Shown piece after piece: positions 1 through 11,199 of a stretch of DNA of 64,000 bases. Under the pieces are notes generated by a model. It was not told the DNA's origin. It worked only from the letters and a program-made list of their open reading frames with translations, and made no database searches. Numbering within the stretch: position 1 is the stretch's first letter; the number at the start of each line of letters is the position of its first letter. This stretch comes from Candidatus Bathyarchaeota archaeon (GTDB lineage Archaea > Thermoproteota > Bathyarchaeia > Bathyarchaeales > Bathycorpusculaceae). The DNA lies in assembly GCA_963702095.1 (NCBI GenBank), contig OY969706.1:2240001-2304000 (forward strand), in the 5' to 3' direction. The position numbers and the translations under genes were made by a program.

Positions 1-534
1 CACCTTGCAGCTGTAAAGGCTATTCGAGCAGACGATTTAACGGTAATAATCAATGAAAAAGCAAGGATGGTGGTGCTCAAAAGGAAAACCTACCCTCAAA
101 GAAGCAGCGGCGGACGCATGGGCATTTTGACGGCGGGTACCTCAGATATCCCAATTGCTGAAGAAGCAAAAATCATCGCAGAAGAAATGGGCTGCACCGT
201 CTACACCAGCTACGACGTCGGAGTCGCAGGAATCCACCGACTGCTTGAACCCATAAAAGAACTCATCACAAACGATGTTGACGTGGTTGTGGTGGTGGCG
301 GGCCGTGAAGGCGCGTTGGCGTCGGTGGTCAGCGGACTGGTGGATGTTCCAGTGATTGCGGTGCCCACTTCGAATAGCTACGGCTTCGGCGCGGGGGGCG
401 TGAGTACGTTGATGGCAATGCTGCAGTCCTGCTCGTTGGGATTGGCAGTGGTTAACATTGATGGCGGGGTGGCGGCGGGGGCAGTTGCGGCTTTGATTGC
501 CAATCGGGCTTCAAAATCCCGAAAAAAAGCATAG
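1..534 (+). CDS. larB: LarB / NCAIR-mutase (PurE)-related protein, 5' truncated by window edge
   Basis: Motifs [22 protein letters not shown], VIAVPTSxxYG and MLQSCSxG..VVNID; frame is open back to base 1. Confidence 0.9.
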   Translation, partial: HLAAVKAIRADDLTVIINEKARMVVLKRKTYPQRSSGGRMGILTAGTSDIPIAEEAKIIAEEMGCTVYTSYDVGVAGIHRLLEPIKELITNDVDVVVVVAGREGALASVVSGLVDVPVIAVPTSNSYGFGAGGVSTLMAMLQSCSLGLAVVNIDGGVAAGAVAALIANRASKSRKKA

Positions 535-767
535 TTACTAGCAGGCAACAGCAACAAACTAATATATTCGATGCATGAGCGTAATATTTTTGCCGGTTGA
601 GGAACACGCTTCACGGCAACATGCGATCTGTGCCTTCAGTAATTGCTAAAGACCGTCCAGAGATAATATCAAAGGAGAGCGGCTTTGCCAAGTGCTAAAG
701 ACAGTCGGTGATTGCAGTGGGGTTTAGACTCAACACGGCACACAATATTTTTATTTCCTTCTTGCGT

Positions 768-875
768 TGGTTTGCTGGGGCTCTGGAACCCGTCTAAGGA
801 GAAAAGAATGGAAAATGCAACTAAACCATTCTCAACCGCAACTGCATTAACTATATCCAGAGCCCACTCAGCCCA
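768..875 (-). ncRNA. BHB-closed structured RNA element, copy 1
   Basis: Minus strand reads UGG-GCUG-AGU-GGGCUCUGGA...UCCAGAGCCC-CAGC-AAA-CCA; about 60 nt after the propeller stop codon. Confidence 0.75.
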
Positions 876-935
876 CATTTTTACTTTCAATTTATCCCAA
901 AAAAGGGAAAGGGGAGATTGATTCGTGTTTGTGTT

Positions 936-3591
936 TTATGCTCGTTTCCTGAGTATGAGTAGTCCAACGACTGCTATTGCAATGATTATAGCGATTGTTG
1001 CACCGACTATGTACATCATGAGGTCTGAAGTTGTTGCATAGTTTACTGCGTTGACGGTTGGTGTGGGTGTTGAGGCTGATTCGTCGACTGCGAAGCTTGT
1101 TTCTGCTGATGATGGCCAGTAGCCGTTGGTTCCAGCGAATGATGCGTAGAGGAGGTATTGGCCTGAAATGTCTGGGACCCATCGGTAGCTGTATGTGCCG
1201 GTTAAGTCAGTTTGTGTTTCGCCGATTTGTCGGTAGTTGCCGTTAGCATCCACCACTGATAGAGTCACAGTGACACCGCTAGCATTTGCGGGTATGGGTT
1301 TCTGCTGGTAGACGTATCCCATCCAGTCTTTCATGCTGCTATCAGAAACGCATGCGACGCCGTCGGGGAATCTTACTGCTTGCTCATCTTGTGTTGTGCC
1401 GCTAGATAAGTCAGTGACTGCGCCTCTGATGACGATGCTTTGTCCTGGTGCTGCTCCCAGATCAGGTGCAGTTACTGTGGTTTTGCTTGCTCCTCTGCCA
1501 ACAACGTAGACTGAGCTGTCATAACTGTTGAACCATGTAGAGAAACCGTCTGCAATTGCGTAGCTTGTGCTGCCGAATTCCATTGTAGCAGAAGAGATTG
1601 TCCAGATTTCTTTGCCGTCAGTTGCGTTAACTGCACGTGCTAAGCCGCCCTTGTAGATGGGAGACGTCCATGTATGTTCACTCGTAACCAAGTAGACTAC
1701 ATCATTGCCGATTGCGTTGACGAATGTTGGTATGTTGCCGTATGGCCAGTTGAAGCCGCTGTTGGTACTGTTACCTTCGCCGCCGTTACCATAAGTCCAG
1801 AGTAGATCGCCTGTTTTCATGTCGTAGCAGTAGAGTATGCCCGCCATTGCCATGCTGTAGAGTTTGCCGTAAGCAATTTGGCCTGATAATACGCCTGCAC
1901 TGGGGCTGCCGTAGTAGTCGAAGGCTGCTTGAGGCTCAGATTGCCAGATTTTTTCACCTGAATCTAAGCTGTAAGCTACCCACATGACGCCTTCTTTTAG
2001 CGATTGTAGGAATACACGGCTATCCCAGTCCACTCCGGCTTGGATGACAGTGTAGTTGTTTGCTGGAGGGTCTAATGTCTTCCACCATGATACTGAGCCG
2101 ATTGTGCCTTTAGTTGAGTCGAGGTTGACAAAGAAGTACGTGTAGGGAGTGCTGCTTGGTGTTGGGAATAAGTTGTTTTCGCCGTTTGAAGGGAATGTAC
2201 CGTTGTAGCATAAGATACCGTCTCCGTATTTGGACATAATTATATTTGTCGGGTTAGTTCCCGCTGTTTTTGTCGGCATTGTGTTTAGCCATGGTACAGA
2301 TATGTTCCAGTCATAGCACCAAGATGCCCCGCCGTCCAAATTCCCGAATTTAGGTGCTGCAGCAGTAATTCCCTCGCCATATATGAAAACTTTAGTTAAG
2401 TTCCACTGACATAAACACCAATCAGGGTTTTCAGCAGTGCCTGCATTAGCCAAGACATATTGTAAGTATTCGCCGTCTGAACCCATAGCCTTTGCACCTG
2501 ACGGAACATTGGTTATGTTAACTACGGCTTTGTCCTGTGTCCGCATCGTAGCCAAGCCAAGTAGTGCCGCTCTTAGCATATAGAATCGGTTGGCAAACGC
2601 CGTGTTCATTTTGTGTTTGTACATCCATGATATAGCCGAAAGACAACGCTGGTATGTCTTTTTCCCAAAGTACTTCGCCTGTACGTAAATCGACGCACGC
2701 TAGTGGCCCTTGACCGCCGTTGTTGCTAAATCCAAAGTTTACGGGTTCTTTGTAGTAGATTTTGCCATTCAATATTATGGGGTTGTCGTATCTGATGATG
2801 TAAGCTGAGCCGTCAAAGTATGTGTTGCCTTGAATTTCATAGTTGTCTCCGCCGACTACACCACCGGCTTGCAGAGCTTTAGTCCACATAACGTGGCCAG
2901 TCTGAGAACCGATAGCATCGCCTGGGAACATTGCCTCGCCGCCCATGAAGCCCATCTGGGCTGAACCAGAAGAGGCGTAGCCACCATAGTTGGGTGCGCC
3001 AGTGCCTAGCCAGTTCGATGAGATGCTCCACCAATCGGTGTTCTCACCATAAATTGGGCGAGTCCAGTATTCAGAAGGCAAAGGATAGCTTGTGATGGCT
3101 GCGGGTATAGGGTCTTCTTGTACGGTTAGAGTAGTGGATGCACTGCTTGGCAAGTAAGTGTCATTTACGTAGGCATTGCCTGCGTCTGAAGCGTATGTTT
3201 CTCCGGGGTAGGTGAAAGTTAAATTATAGGTACCGACTTGGTCTGGAGTGAAAGTGGCAAGCTGAGCAGCGGTTGTGTCTCTGATGGTATCAAAAGTCTG
3301 CGTTGAAACCTCACCGTTAGGCGCAGTAATAGTAAGCTTATAGTTATGGAACCTGAGATTGTCTGTTCCGTACTGTGATCCGAAATAGTAGTTAGTGAGC
3401 ATCAAAAAGACATTCGCTTGTTGCCCAACACCGACTGGGTTAGGCGCAACGGAAATCAATGCATATGTTGGCCACTCGGTTGGAGGATCGTGTGCTAAAG
3501 CTGTTGGCAATAACGTTGCAACTGTTCCAATAGATATGGTTAGGATCATAGCGATTGCGATAGCGATTATTTTCGTTTTAGATAGTTTCAA
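936..3591 (-). CDS. Secreted membrane-anchored PQQ-like beta-propeller surface protein (paralog 1), apparent frameshift near 2530
   Basis: Signal peptide, APNPVGVGQ Ig-like N-terminus, YWTRP motif, WD/PQQ-like repeats, C-terminal TM helix plus RKRA; two overlapping ORFs join on comparison with paralogs. Confidence 0.85.
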
Positions 3592-3760
3592 GTTTTTTAT
3601 TCTCCTTAATAGTTGTGGCTCGTTATTTCTTTGCCACTAGTATTTAATAATTTCTATAAAAAGCCAATTTACAGTAAATAATAAATACTTAAAGCACTTT
3701 TCGGTTTAAAAAATACAACAAAAAAAGCTAGCTACAAACCCACCCATAAAGATATTAGGA

Positions 3761-4834
3761 ATGGAGAATCGTCTTTGTGACATAAAACGGGGGAAAACAA
3801 CGAAACCTCTGGACGAAAATGACACTTTGATTCTGAAGAATCTATTAATAGATTCTCGGATGAGTTTCAAAGATCTCGCCGAAAAATGCGGAATTTCCTC
3901 AACTGCAATAATAAGAAGGTACTCCAGATTAAGAGAAGAAGGAATTATTCTAGGCCATCAAATGCATCTTAATCCGCTAAGCGTTGGGTATGAGAGTATA
4001 GCAGAGGCAGGGATACTTACCGATCTATTAGACAGAGAAAAGGTTAAAGAGGCATTAGAGCAAAAAGGGAATTTCTGGGCGGGACCGATTTCGCTTGGCA
4101 AATATGACATTTATGGAAACCTGTTTGCGAAGAAAATACAGGATTTAAACGAATTAATCCAGCGAATAGATGTAAAACCGTACGTAAAAAGTTTAGATGT
4201 CTTAATTTTTTCGGACCTCTGGAATAGCCCATGGCACCCTGAAAATCTTTTGGTTAAACCTGATGAAAAATTAGATGCAAGCTCAAGGCTAGACAAAGTG
4301 CGGAAAGAAAATGAGCCTGTGGCTATGGATGAAACAGACGTTTATGTCATAAGGGCACTGAATAATGATTCCAGGATGTCTTTTAAAGAAATAGCGAGCA
4401 ACCTCAACGCTGCAGTTTCTTCAATTATACAAAGATACCATGCTCTTAAAGAACAAAATGTTTGGACACTTTCAACACTAAAAATTGACATGTTTAAACT
4501 TGGGTACAAGGCAAATGCTGATATTTACATAAGAGTCACCCATCGAAGCGCTCTACCAGACATTGAAACACAACTGCTTGAAATACCCAATTTAACTTTC
4601 ATTGCAAAATTCGTCGGCGGAGCGTACGATCTAAGAGTGGCGGTTGTTATCTCCGATTTTGAAGATTTCTTTGACCTAAAAGAACGAATTCTAGCTATTC
4701 CCAATATTGGGAAAGCGGAGTTCTATTTATTTAGAATAAAAGCGGGTTATCCTTGGCTATACGATCTTATAGGCGATATAATTATCAGGCATTTGCTAGG
4801 ATATGAGAGACCCTCTCTGACTTCAAGGAACTAG
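3761..4834 (+). CDS. Tandem (double) Lrp/AsnC-family transcriptional regulator
   Basis: Two LDExD..IL..L..DSRMSFKxxA HTH-RAM units; divergent from propeller gene. Confidence 0.9.
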   Translation: MENRLCDIKRGKTTKPLDENDTLILKNLLIDSRMSFKDLAEKCGISSTAIIRRYSRLREEGIILGHQMHLNPLSVGYESIAEAGILTDLLDREKVKEALEQKGNFWAGPISLGKYDIYGNLFAKKIQDLNELIQRIDVKPYVKSLDVLIFSDLWNSPWHPENLLVKPDEKLDASSRLDKVRKENEPVAMDETDVYVIRALNNDSRMSFKEIASNLNAAVSSIIQRYHALKEQNVWTLSTLKIDMFKLGYKANADIYIRVTHRSALPDIETQLLEIPNLTFIAKFVGGAYDLRVAVVISDFEDFFDLKERILAIPNIGKAEFYLFRIKAGYPWLYDLIGDIIIRHLLGYERPSLTSRN

Positions 4835-4977
4835 ACACTTTTTAGTCGAAAACTTTTGCGATTTTTGTGCTATGACTGGAGTGGGAGAAGTGAAGGAAAA
4901 AATTAGCAAAGTCTTACTCTACTCTTTTTGTTAATAGCTATTTATTTTATGTTTTTTCAATAATAAAATTGTTTCTT

Positions 4978-5263
4978 GGGGTGGGTTGGGTTTGTGGTTG
5001 GTTGACGGGCAAATTTCCTCTTTGATGGGCCATGCTATTGCGCTTGCATTTTGCTGTTCATCGCTGTCGCTAAGAAAGCACTTGATACATGCTTTCACAT
5101 ACACACCGAGACGGTTTCAACATGGAACCATGCACCGCATGTGAAGAAAAACGGTTATCCCACACCGAAACAGGCAAAGGAAAACGTTGCAACCGCAAAA
5201 AGAAGCCGCCCCACGTGCAGTCTTTTGGCAATTCTAAAACCCTCACACCCACATAAAGAGACA
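4978..5263. repeat. Dispersed intergenic repeat family B, copy 1
   Basis: Homologous to 23241-23413 (same orientation) and 32910-33166 (inverted); shared CCACACCGAA, GTTGCAACC, CACACCCACA and AAAGAGACA-like blocks. Confidence 0.8.
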
Positions 5264-5464
5264 TAACAATTTGCGCTTCAACTGAGGGCAGAAGAAGTAG
5301 GCTGTCGCGGATTTTCGCTGCTTTCGATGGAAAAAAGTTAGTCCAGAAACCTTGACTAAGGCTTAGTCCAGAAACCTTGACAAAAACGCTTTTACCCGCA
5401 GAAAACAAAAGTTTTTTCGGTGAAAAATGTGCCGACCAACCATTATGTGATAAACTCCAGATTG

Positions 5465-5599
5465 ATGAAACGAGTGGAAAAGAAAGGTCGAGTTTTCTGT
5501 TTAATCTGCCATCAACCCATCTTGGTGGGGCAAAGGGTAGCCGCCAAGAAATGCACAGCCATACGCCATGAAGAATGCTACCAACGCTCCTTCCTATAA
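5465..5599 (+). CDS. 44-aa zinc-finger microprotein (CxxC...HxxC)
   Basis: Manual translation MKRVEKKGRVFCLICHQPILVGQRVAAKKCTAIRHEECYQRSFL; below ORF-track cutoff. Confidence 0.6.
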   Translation: MKRVEKKGRVFCLICHQPILVGQRVAAKKCTAIRHEECYQRSFL

Positions 5600-5651
5600 C
5601 AACCGCATAGTTGGCATCACAAATAAGAAGTCCCAAACCTAAAAGTTTGGT

Positions 5652-6038
5652 ATGACAAAAGCACAAGAAAAACAGCAAACCATCGACGAAATCCTCTCCA
5701 GCCTAACCCTCGACCAGAAAACTCTAATCCAAAACCTCCGCCAACTCGTCAAAGACGCCGTGCCCCAAACGCATGAAAGCGTGAAACAGGGCAAAATCGT
5801 CTATAAACTGGAAGACAAAGACTTCGTCTGGATCAGCCGTTTCCAGACACATATGGACCTTGAATTTGCCATGGGCGCAAGCCTCTCGTCGGATATGCTG
5901 CGGAGCCGTGGAATAGCCGAACAAAACGAAAACGTTCGCCATGTCTCCGTCAGCGATTTTCCACAGCAAGAAGCTGAACTGCGTAGACTACTCAAAAAGG
6001 CTGCAACCCTGGGTTTTGAGCATTGCCAAACCGGTTAA
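5652..6038 (+). CDS. DUF1801-like protein
   Basis: LRQLVKDAVPQTHESVKQG..Y, F..GA.L and RHV pattern typical of the family. Confidence 0.7.
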   Translation: MTKAQEKQQTIDEILSSLTLDQKTLIQNLRQLVKDAVPQTHESVKQGKIVYKLEDKDFVWISRFQTHMDLEFAMGASLSSDMLRSRGIAEQNENVRHVSVSDFPQQEAELRRLLKKAATLGFEHCQTG

Positions 6039-6208
6039 CCAGCGATTTCTGTTGGGAAAAGACTGGACTTCGCATCTAGGAAGTGGACTTTGCAAACGTT
6101 GTATACCGCAGTTCGCAAAAAAGCGAACGTTGCTTAACAAATCATGCGAATTTGCCTTGTTAGAAAGCATTATCTTCTATAGCAAGATACTGAGCGGTAA
6201 GTGGTGCT

Positions 6209-6553
6209 ATGGAATCAGTTTGCATAGGATGTAGATTCGGCTCAGTTATTGTCGAGATAGCGGTACCCGAAAAATGCGACTTACTAAAACTTACGAGGAG
6301 AACCGAGGCATTCACCGCGGATTTACCGGCTGCCATCAAGCAGAAACCCATCCACTACTCACTCAATTTTGACGAGGAGAATTCCTTAGATGATGAGCCA
6401 AGCTTTACAGTGAACTGCATATGCATCTTAAATGTGAACAAAAAGGATTGCTCAAAATTCGAAGAAGCAGCAGGAAGAAACCCAAGAATTAAACACCTTG
6501 AACATCAATCAGCGGAAAGGAGGAGAAACATTGAAGTTATCAAAACCCATTGA
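6209..6553 (+). CDS. Hypothetical Cys-containing protein
   Basis: 114-aa ORF with CxxC; no family recognised. Confidence 0.35.
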   Translation: MESVCIGCRFGSVIVEIAVPEKCDLLKLTRRTEAFTADLPAAIKQKPIHYSLNFDEENSLDDEPSFTVNCICILNVNKKDCSKFEEAAGRNPRIKHLEHQSAERRRNIEVIKTH

Positions 6554-6755
6554 ATACAATTTACCAATAATAGAGTGCCGATGCGGGGCACAGATTCTGG
6601 TTATTTCAGATGTTGAATTAATGAGTAAAGCCATCGAAGCCCACGTCAGGGAGCATAGAGAGAAGGCAAAGGGGCGCAGGGAAGCTGAATTCGAAGCTGA
6701 ACGGGTTCGCGAGGACTTGATTGCAAAAGTTTTCACTAAAGTCTGCGAGATCTGA
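6531..6755 (+). CDS. Small putative zinc-binding protein
   Basis: AGGAG SD then TTG at 6531; IECRCG...HxxxH pattern. Confidence 0.65.
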   Translation: MKLSKPIEYNLPIIECRCGAQILVISDVELMSKAIEAHVREHREKAKGRREAEFEAERVREDLIAKVFTKVCEI

Positions 6756-6971
6756 TTCGCTTCAGCCCCCTTTTTAGCGGGTAAAAGGGTCCATCAGAAA
6801 CCGTGGTTTTAAATCTGTTAATCCATGGAACTGAGGTGTATTGCCAGTTAATATTTACAGTTTCACGGCATAACCCAAGCTGTAATGAAATGGCAGCTTA
6901 AGGGTTCTTTGAATTTTTTCTGTTAATTAAATTCTTATCTCCAGAACGCGCCACTGTGAAAAGCTGATACT

Positions 6972-7100
6972 ATGGCTATTTGTCCTCACTGTGGCAAAGA
7001 TGTTGCCAACCCGACGAAGGAGTTGAAAAATCAATTCTTCTGCATTAAAGGATACCATTGTAATCAATGTGAATCCAACTTTAAACTTACAGATTGTTAA
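6972..7100 (+). CDS. 42-aa zinc-ribbon microprotein
   Basis: MAICPHCGKDVANPTKELKNQFFCIKGYHCNQCESNFKLTDC; two CxxC knuckles. Confidence 0.65.
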   Translation: MAICPHCGKDVANPTKELKNQFFCIKGYHCNQCESNFKLTDC

Positions 7101-7127
7101 ACCTGACAGATAAAAAAAGGAAGGAAG

Positions 7128-7967
7128 CTATTTTGCGTACGCTTCCACCAGATCACGTGCGGTAACGATGCCGACCAATCTTCCTTCTCGAGCAACCGGA
7201 AGCCGCCTGATATGTTTGAGTGCCATTATAGCTGCAGCCCGATGCACACTTATATCGGCAGAAACAACCACCAACGGCGAAGAACAACTTGGCCCCACTT
7301 CGGGGAACAAATCTTTGCCTTTCGCCAAGAAGTTGGTGAGCAAGTCACGTTCTGTAAAGATGCCGAATGGTTCTCCTTTGCGCGTGATGATGACGCTTCC
7401 GATTCTCTGTTGTCCCATCATCTTGGCCACATTCAACACCGATGTTTCTTCGTCTGCGCTGACTACTTTCTTAGTCATAAACTCCTCGACTTGGGCTTCT
7501 GTTTCTGGAACATCAGGTAAACTCTTGATTAAATCCGAAGCCGTTATGATGCCAACCAATGTTCCAGCGTCAAACACTGCAAGTCTGCCTTTTCTGCTGG
7601 TCATAAGCTGGGCTGATTCTTTGAGTTTAGCCGTCGATGAAATCCCAGCTAACGGGTAAGACATCACTTCTTCGACTTTTTGGTCGCTCAAAAGCAATCC
7701 GTAAGCCAAAACCTTACTTAGCAAATCCCGCTCGGTAATTATGCCCACGGGAGTCTTATACTTCATGACGATTAAGCTGCCGATGTGTTTTTCACCCATC
7801 AGTCGCGCTGTGGTTTCTAGTGAAGTCTCTGGAGAGGCTGTTGCGATGTTTTTGCTCATTAAGTCTTTTGTTTGGCGGTAGAGGGGCAGGTTGCGTTTGT
7901 ACTGTTCGTAGGCGATGTCGATTACGCTGGGCAAAATTCGTTTAGTTTCAGTTTGAGGATTCGCCAT
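7128..7967 (-). CDS. Four-CBS-domain protein
   Basis: Repeated GIITERDL / GIVTARDL CBS motifs. Confidence 0.9.
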   Translation of the reverse strand: MANPQTETKRILPSVIDIAYEQYKRNLPLYRQTKDLMSKNIATASPETSLETTARLMGEKHIGSLIVMKYKTPVGIITERDLLSKVLAYGLLLSDQKVEEVMSYPLAGISSTAKLKESAQLMTSRKGRLAVFDAGTLVGIITASDLIKSLPDVPETEAQVEEFMTKKVVSADEETSVLNVAKMMGQQRIGSVIITRKGEPFGIFTERDLLTNFLAKGKDLFPEVGPSCSSPLVVVSADISVHRAAAIMALKHIRRLPVAREGRLVGIVTARDLVEAYAK

Positions 7968-8250
7968 TTCTCATCCCCAATTAAGTAATGGACGATACAA
8001 GCATATTAAACTTCTATAACGCCGTAAAAACTACGATTGGCACTGTTTGTTGCTATGCCAACTCTATTGAGTTAACCCTTTTGCCATTCGCGTCGTTGGG
8101 AAGCGTTGAGGTAAAGAAGTTAACAAACCATCTAAAGAACAAAAGAATCACAACCTCAATATCCAAGCCTACAACTGCAAGAATTGCCATAACTACTTCA
8201 CAGGCAAAGTTAACGAAACACTCTATGGGAAAACCTAAGGCTCCAAGAAT

Positions 8251-8769
8251 TTACCAACAAGTTTTAAAAAAGATAGCAGAATCTCCTTCTAAAGACTGCA
8301 GTTGAATTTCATAGGTCCTCAAAAACACCATTTTCTCATGAAGGCTAACTAGCAATACGGTATAAGAGTTTGGGGGCAGCACAATTTCGTTTTCTTTATT
8401 TGCTGAAAACCCATTCACTGAAACATCAGAGATGATAGTTTGTGAGGAACCATTGTTTAGGACTGTAACTAATAATGTGTCGGACGCTTCGTTTGACTGC
8501 ACACCGGTTATTGTTAACTTTTCAGGGGTTAAGACGGGAGAAGATGCATTTGTGGTTGGTGATTGCGATGACAGGCAATTAATTATTGTTGTATTCGATG
8601 GGAAAGAATACGCCAACTGGACTGTAGGTGCAATGGCATCGGTTATATCGTCAGCGGAGTCATCGGTTTTTTGTGTTAATACTCCTGCAAACGTGACGCT
8701 TAGGAAAACCGAAGATACGATGAGGAGAATCACCAAGCTCTTTTGTCGCATACAGTCATCTGAATACAA
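8251..8769 (-). CDS. Hypothetical exported protein
   Basis: N-terminal hydrophobic helix and beta-rich C-terminal domain; start uncertain. Confidence 0.6.
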   Translation of the reverse strand: MYSDDCMRQKSLVILLIVSSVFLSVTFAGVLTQKTDDSADDITDAIAPTVQLAYSFPSNTTIINCLSSQSPTTNASSPVLTPEKLTITGVQSNEASDTLLVTVLNNGSSQTIISDVSVNGFSANKENEIVLPPNSYTVLLVSLHEKMVFLRTYEIQLQSLEGDSAIFFKTCW

Positions 8770-9202
8770 GTTAATTTTTAGTAATTATATAACTTATGAA
8801 TTTTAAATAAATATTTGAAGCGATAAAAAATTCTCTTGAAAAGCTAAACAACTCGAAGGATAGTTAGAGAACTAGTTTCTATGAGTGAGCCCCCTATTTC
8901 TTTGGGAGATTGGTTGTTGAGGGCAATAGAGCCTGTGGGGGTTTAGAGGTTGCTCTAAATTGAAGTGAAACGTTACCTGCGGTGTTTCGCAGTGGAAACA
9001 TTTGGCTCAAATGACCCCCCGGGTTTAGATGGAGAGGTTTTGCTTAATTATTTAATTGAATTTGCCGAGTAGAATTACTTGCAGGTTTCTTTTGCAAGTG
9101 CCAAGAAAATAGGCGAGTAAATGCCCGCACATGTGTCTGTCGCTGAAGGTGACTTACAAATTCTTATTGCCTCTCTTGGTGTCAAATAAGCAGGTTTAGA
9201 AC

Positions 9203-9568
9203 TTGAATTTCGAACATGAAGAAACCCTCATTATGGTCAACAATTTACTGGGCATTCATAATCGTGTCTCTTTAACTAGTAAACGGCTAGTTTTCGAGGA
9301 GGGCAGCGGCTATCTCTTAGTTTTTTGGAAGCAGTATCATCAGCTACGAATAGAAGATATTGAAGAAGCCTCTGTTGACAGGGATTGCTTCATAATGGAT
9401 TGCATCAAAATAAAATTGAGGAATGGAGCAAGTATGCGTGTTCAATTCAAGTTGGCAGATGGTGAGGCTCTGTGCGCTGACCCAGAATTAGACCAATACT
9501 GTAGTATCGCTGAAAGATGGGCTCACGCCATTAATGAGCAAGTGGGCAAATACGCCTTGATTGCATGA
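9203..9568 (+). CDS. Hypothetical PH-like domain protein
   Basis: LTSKRLVF and terminal ERW..AI pattern. Confidence 0.5.
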   Translation: MNFEHEETLIMVNNLLGIHNRVSLTSKRLVFEEGSGYLLVFWKQYHQLRIEDIEEASVDRDCFIMDCIKIKLRNGASMRVQFKLADGEALCADPELDQYCSIAERWAHAINEQVGKYALIA

Positions 9569-9637
9569 AAGCCTAAACCAATATTTTGCTAGCCTTACTA
9601 TGAAAAAAGAGGCAACTGCGCATCAACGCTGACAAGC

Positions 9638-10435
9638 CTATTTCTGCCGTTTAAACTGGCCAGATCCGCCCAAATCAACTATGCTAGTAACAACACCTTG
9701 GCTTACCTTATCAAGGACTTCTTCGGCTTGTTTCCAATTATCCGCTATGACTTCAACACGGTACTTTGGAGCTGCGATAACAGAGAAATGAATTTGCGAA
9801 TCTTTGCTTCCATGGGCTTTCTTTGTCTCTATGAATGCATCTTGGATACATTTAACGCCGTTTGGGCGAGAGCAACGTACTTCAAGAACGCCCCAAACTT
9901 TGACCGTTTTAACCCTGATCCGTTCCTCGGCAACTTGAAATGCGGCCTTGGCAAGATCCTCAGGAACGTTTAACTTGGTCAAGGCTGAGGTGCCTTCCTT
10001 TAGGGTTCTTTCAAATCCGTCGTAGAGACCATAGTTCTCTTCAAGTACAGCGCCGACTTTCTGGTACACTTCTTCCTTTGTCAGACCAGTTCGTTCAGCC
10101 AGCACATGTAGCAATGCGTCTCCTTTGCGGTCTTTTTTCCAGAGTTTGACTTTTTCAATTCGTTCCCGCTTTGTGACACGCCTCAACGATAAATCAATGT
10201 GTCCTTTTTCGACGTCAACCCGCAGTACTTTAAGAACCATCTTTTGGTTTTCCCTAACAAAGTCACGGATGTTCCTTATACGGGCGCTGGAGATTTCGGA
10301 GATATGGAGAAAGCCTCTCTTGTTATACTCATCAAGATTAGCGTATACTCCGTAATCCATCACGGTTTTAATAGTTGCCATAACCAAATCGCCGGGCTCT
10401 GGCCACTCAAGTTTTTGCTCAGACATATTCTTCAT
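9638..10435 (-). CDS. eif2a: Translation initiation factor aIF2 alpha subunit
   Basis: S1 domain PEPGDLV...LHISEIS..RIRNIRD, GHIDLSLRRV, AAPKYR. Confidence 0.95.
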   Translation of the reverse strand: MKNMSEQKLEWPEPGDLVMATIKTVMDYGVYANLDEYNKRGFLHISEISSARIRNIRDFVRENQKMVLKVLRVDVEKGHIDLSLRRVTKRERIEKVKLWKKDRKGDALLHVLAERTGLTKEEVYQKVGAVLEENYGLYDGFERTLKEGTSALTKLNVPEDLAKAAFQVAEERIRVKTVKVWGVLEVRCSRPNGVKCIQDAFIETKKAHGSKDSQIHFSVIAAPKYRVEVIADNWKQAEEVLDKVSQGVVTSIVDLGGSGQFKRQK

Positions 10436-10459
10436 CCAAAAATTTTAATTTTAATATAT

Positions 10460-10990
10460 TTAACGCGCTAGTGCTAAAGCCACCCTTAGGTCGTTTTTCA
10501 TTAAACCAACAGTACCCTCTTCAAAGTGACGTTTCGCAGCCACTGCAAGCGCCTTTGTTTTACAGAGATAGGCAGCTTTTTCAGTGCATTCAGTTATAAC
10601 TAACGACGAGACTTTACCACACTTTTTCTGGCAATGGCTGTTTGCACAATTCACTATTGCCAAGTACAGTTCTTGTATGTCAAAGGGAGGCATGTAGTCT
10701 TCTGAGACATGCTGAATTTTCTGTTTACTCATCTCTTTAAGTGCGTTGTCGGTGAACTGTTTACTTATCAAGATTGCAGAATCGTAGCTGTCACGTTTGA
10801 TTGCCTCCGCCATGTTCTTGACGTCGTTTAGGCATATGTACCCGTTAGTTAATGGTTCCATTGTCCTTAGCAGTACTTTGTTGTTAGAATTATCAAGTGC
10901 TGTTACATCAGTAAAGTTGGAATTCTTCTGTTTTTTTACGCTTTTGTAACCGCGTACAGCCATTATGAAGTTAGTTTTGTTTTCACTCAT
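10460..10990 (-). CDS. Hypothetical protein with restriction-endonuclease (Mrr)-like fold
   Basis: RGY...DV.A...VLL, AILIS..FT..A; catalytic ExK motif not evident; Cys-rich C-terminus. Confidence 0.55.
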   Translation of the reverse strand: MSENKTNFIMAVRGYKSVKKQKNSNFTDVTALDNSNNKVLLRTMEPLTNGYICLNDVKNMAEAIKRDSYDSAILISKQFTDNALKEMSKQKIQHVSEDYMPPFDIQELYLAIVNCANSHCQKKCGKVSSLVITECTEKAAYLCKTKALAVAAKRHFEEGTVGLMKNDLRVALALAR

Positions 10991-11010
10991 TTTCTCACCT
11001 AATTTGGCTG

Positions 11011-11184
11011 TTAGAGTTCGCCGGGGTCGCTTTCGTCGAAGACAAAATCTTCTAACCGCAGTTTACCATCGGTGGTTGCCACTACTTTGTATTGGGCTTC
11101 ACAGATTGGACAGATGACCACTTCGCCAAGTACTATTCCATCTTTTTTGAATGTGTTTCCGCACTCAGTGCATTTAGTGTTGAT
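11011..11184 (-). CDS. LysW-like zinc-finger protein with no standard start codon
   Basis: KCTECG...LGEVVICPICEAQYKV...LRLEDFVFDESDPGEL; GGAGG upstream; putative ATC start. Confidence 0.65.
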   Translation of the reverse strand: MNTKCTECGNTFKKDGIVLGEVVICPICEAQYKVVATTDGKLRLEDFVFDESDPGEL

Positions 11185-11199
11185 TTTAACGGTCCCTCC

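Noticed and set aside
768-875. BHB element as a MITE or simple terminator
   Set aside because: No target-site duplications were seen, its position relative to one gene family is fixed, the asymmetric 3-nt bulges and G-U covariation are RNA-specific, and a separate U-rich terminator-like motif lies upstream.
669-890. Minus-strand MWAEWALD... ORF across the element
   Set aside because: In-frame stops and frameshifts occur in other copies, such as TAG in copies 5 and 6.
808-921. Plus-strand SD + MENATKPF... micro-ORF inside the BHB element
   Set aside because: Open in copies 1, 2 and 6, but ATG becomes ACG in copy 4, copies 5 and 7 stop early, and copy 3 shifts internally. The substitutions preserve minus-strand pairing instead.
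5112-5130. GTTTCAAC resembling a CRISPR repeat end
   Set aside because: No repeat-spacer periodicity and no cas genes; it is part of repeat family B.
7168-7659. Long antisense ORFs overlapping real genes, also 18365-18688, 33574-33981 and 5070-5678
   Set aside because: They are shadows of recognisable opposite-strand genes or repeats and have no motifs of their own.
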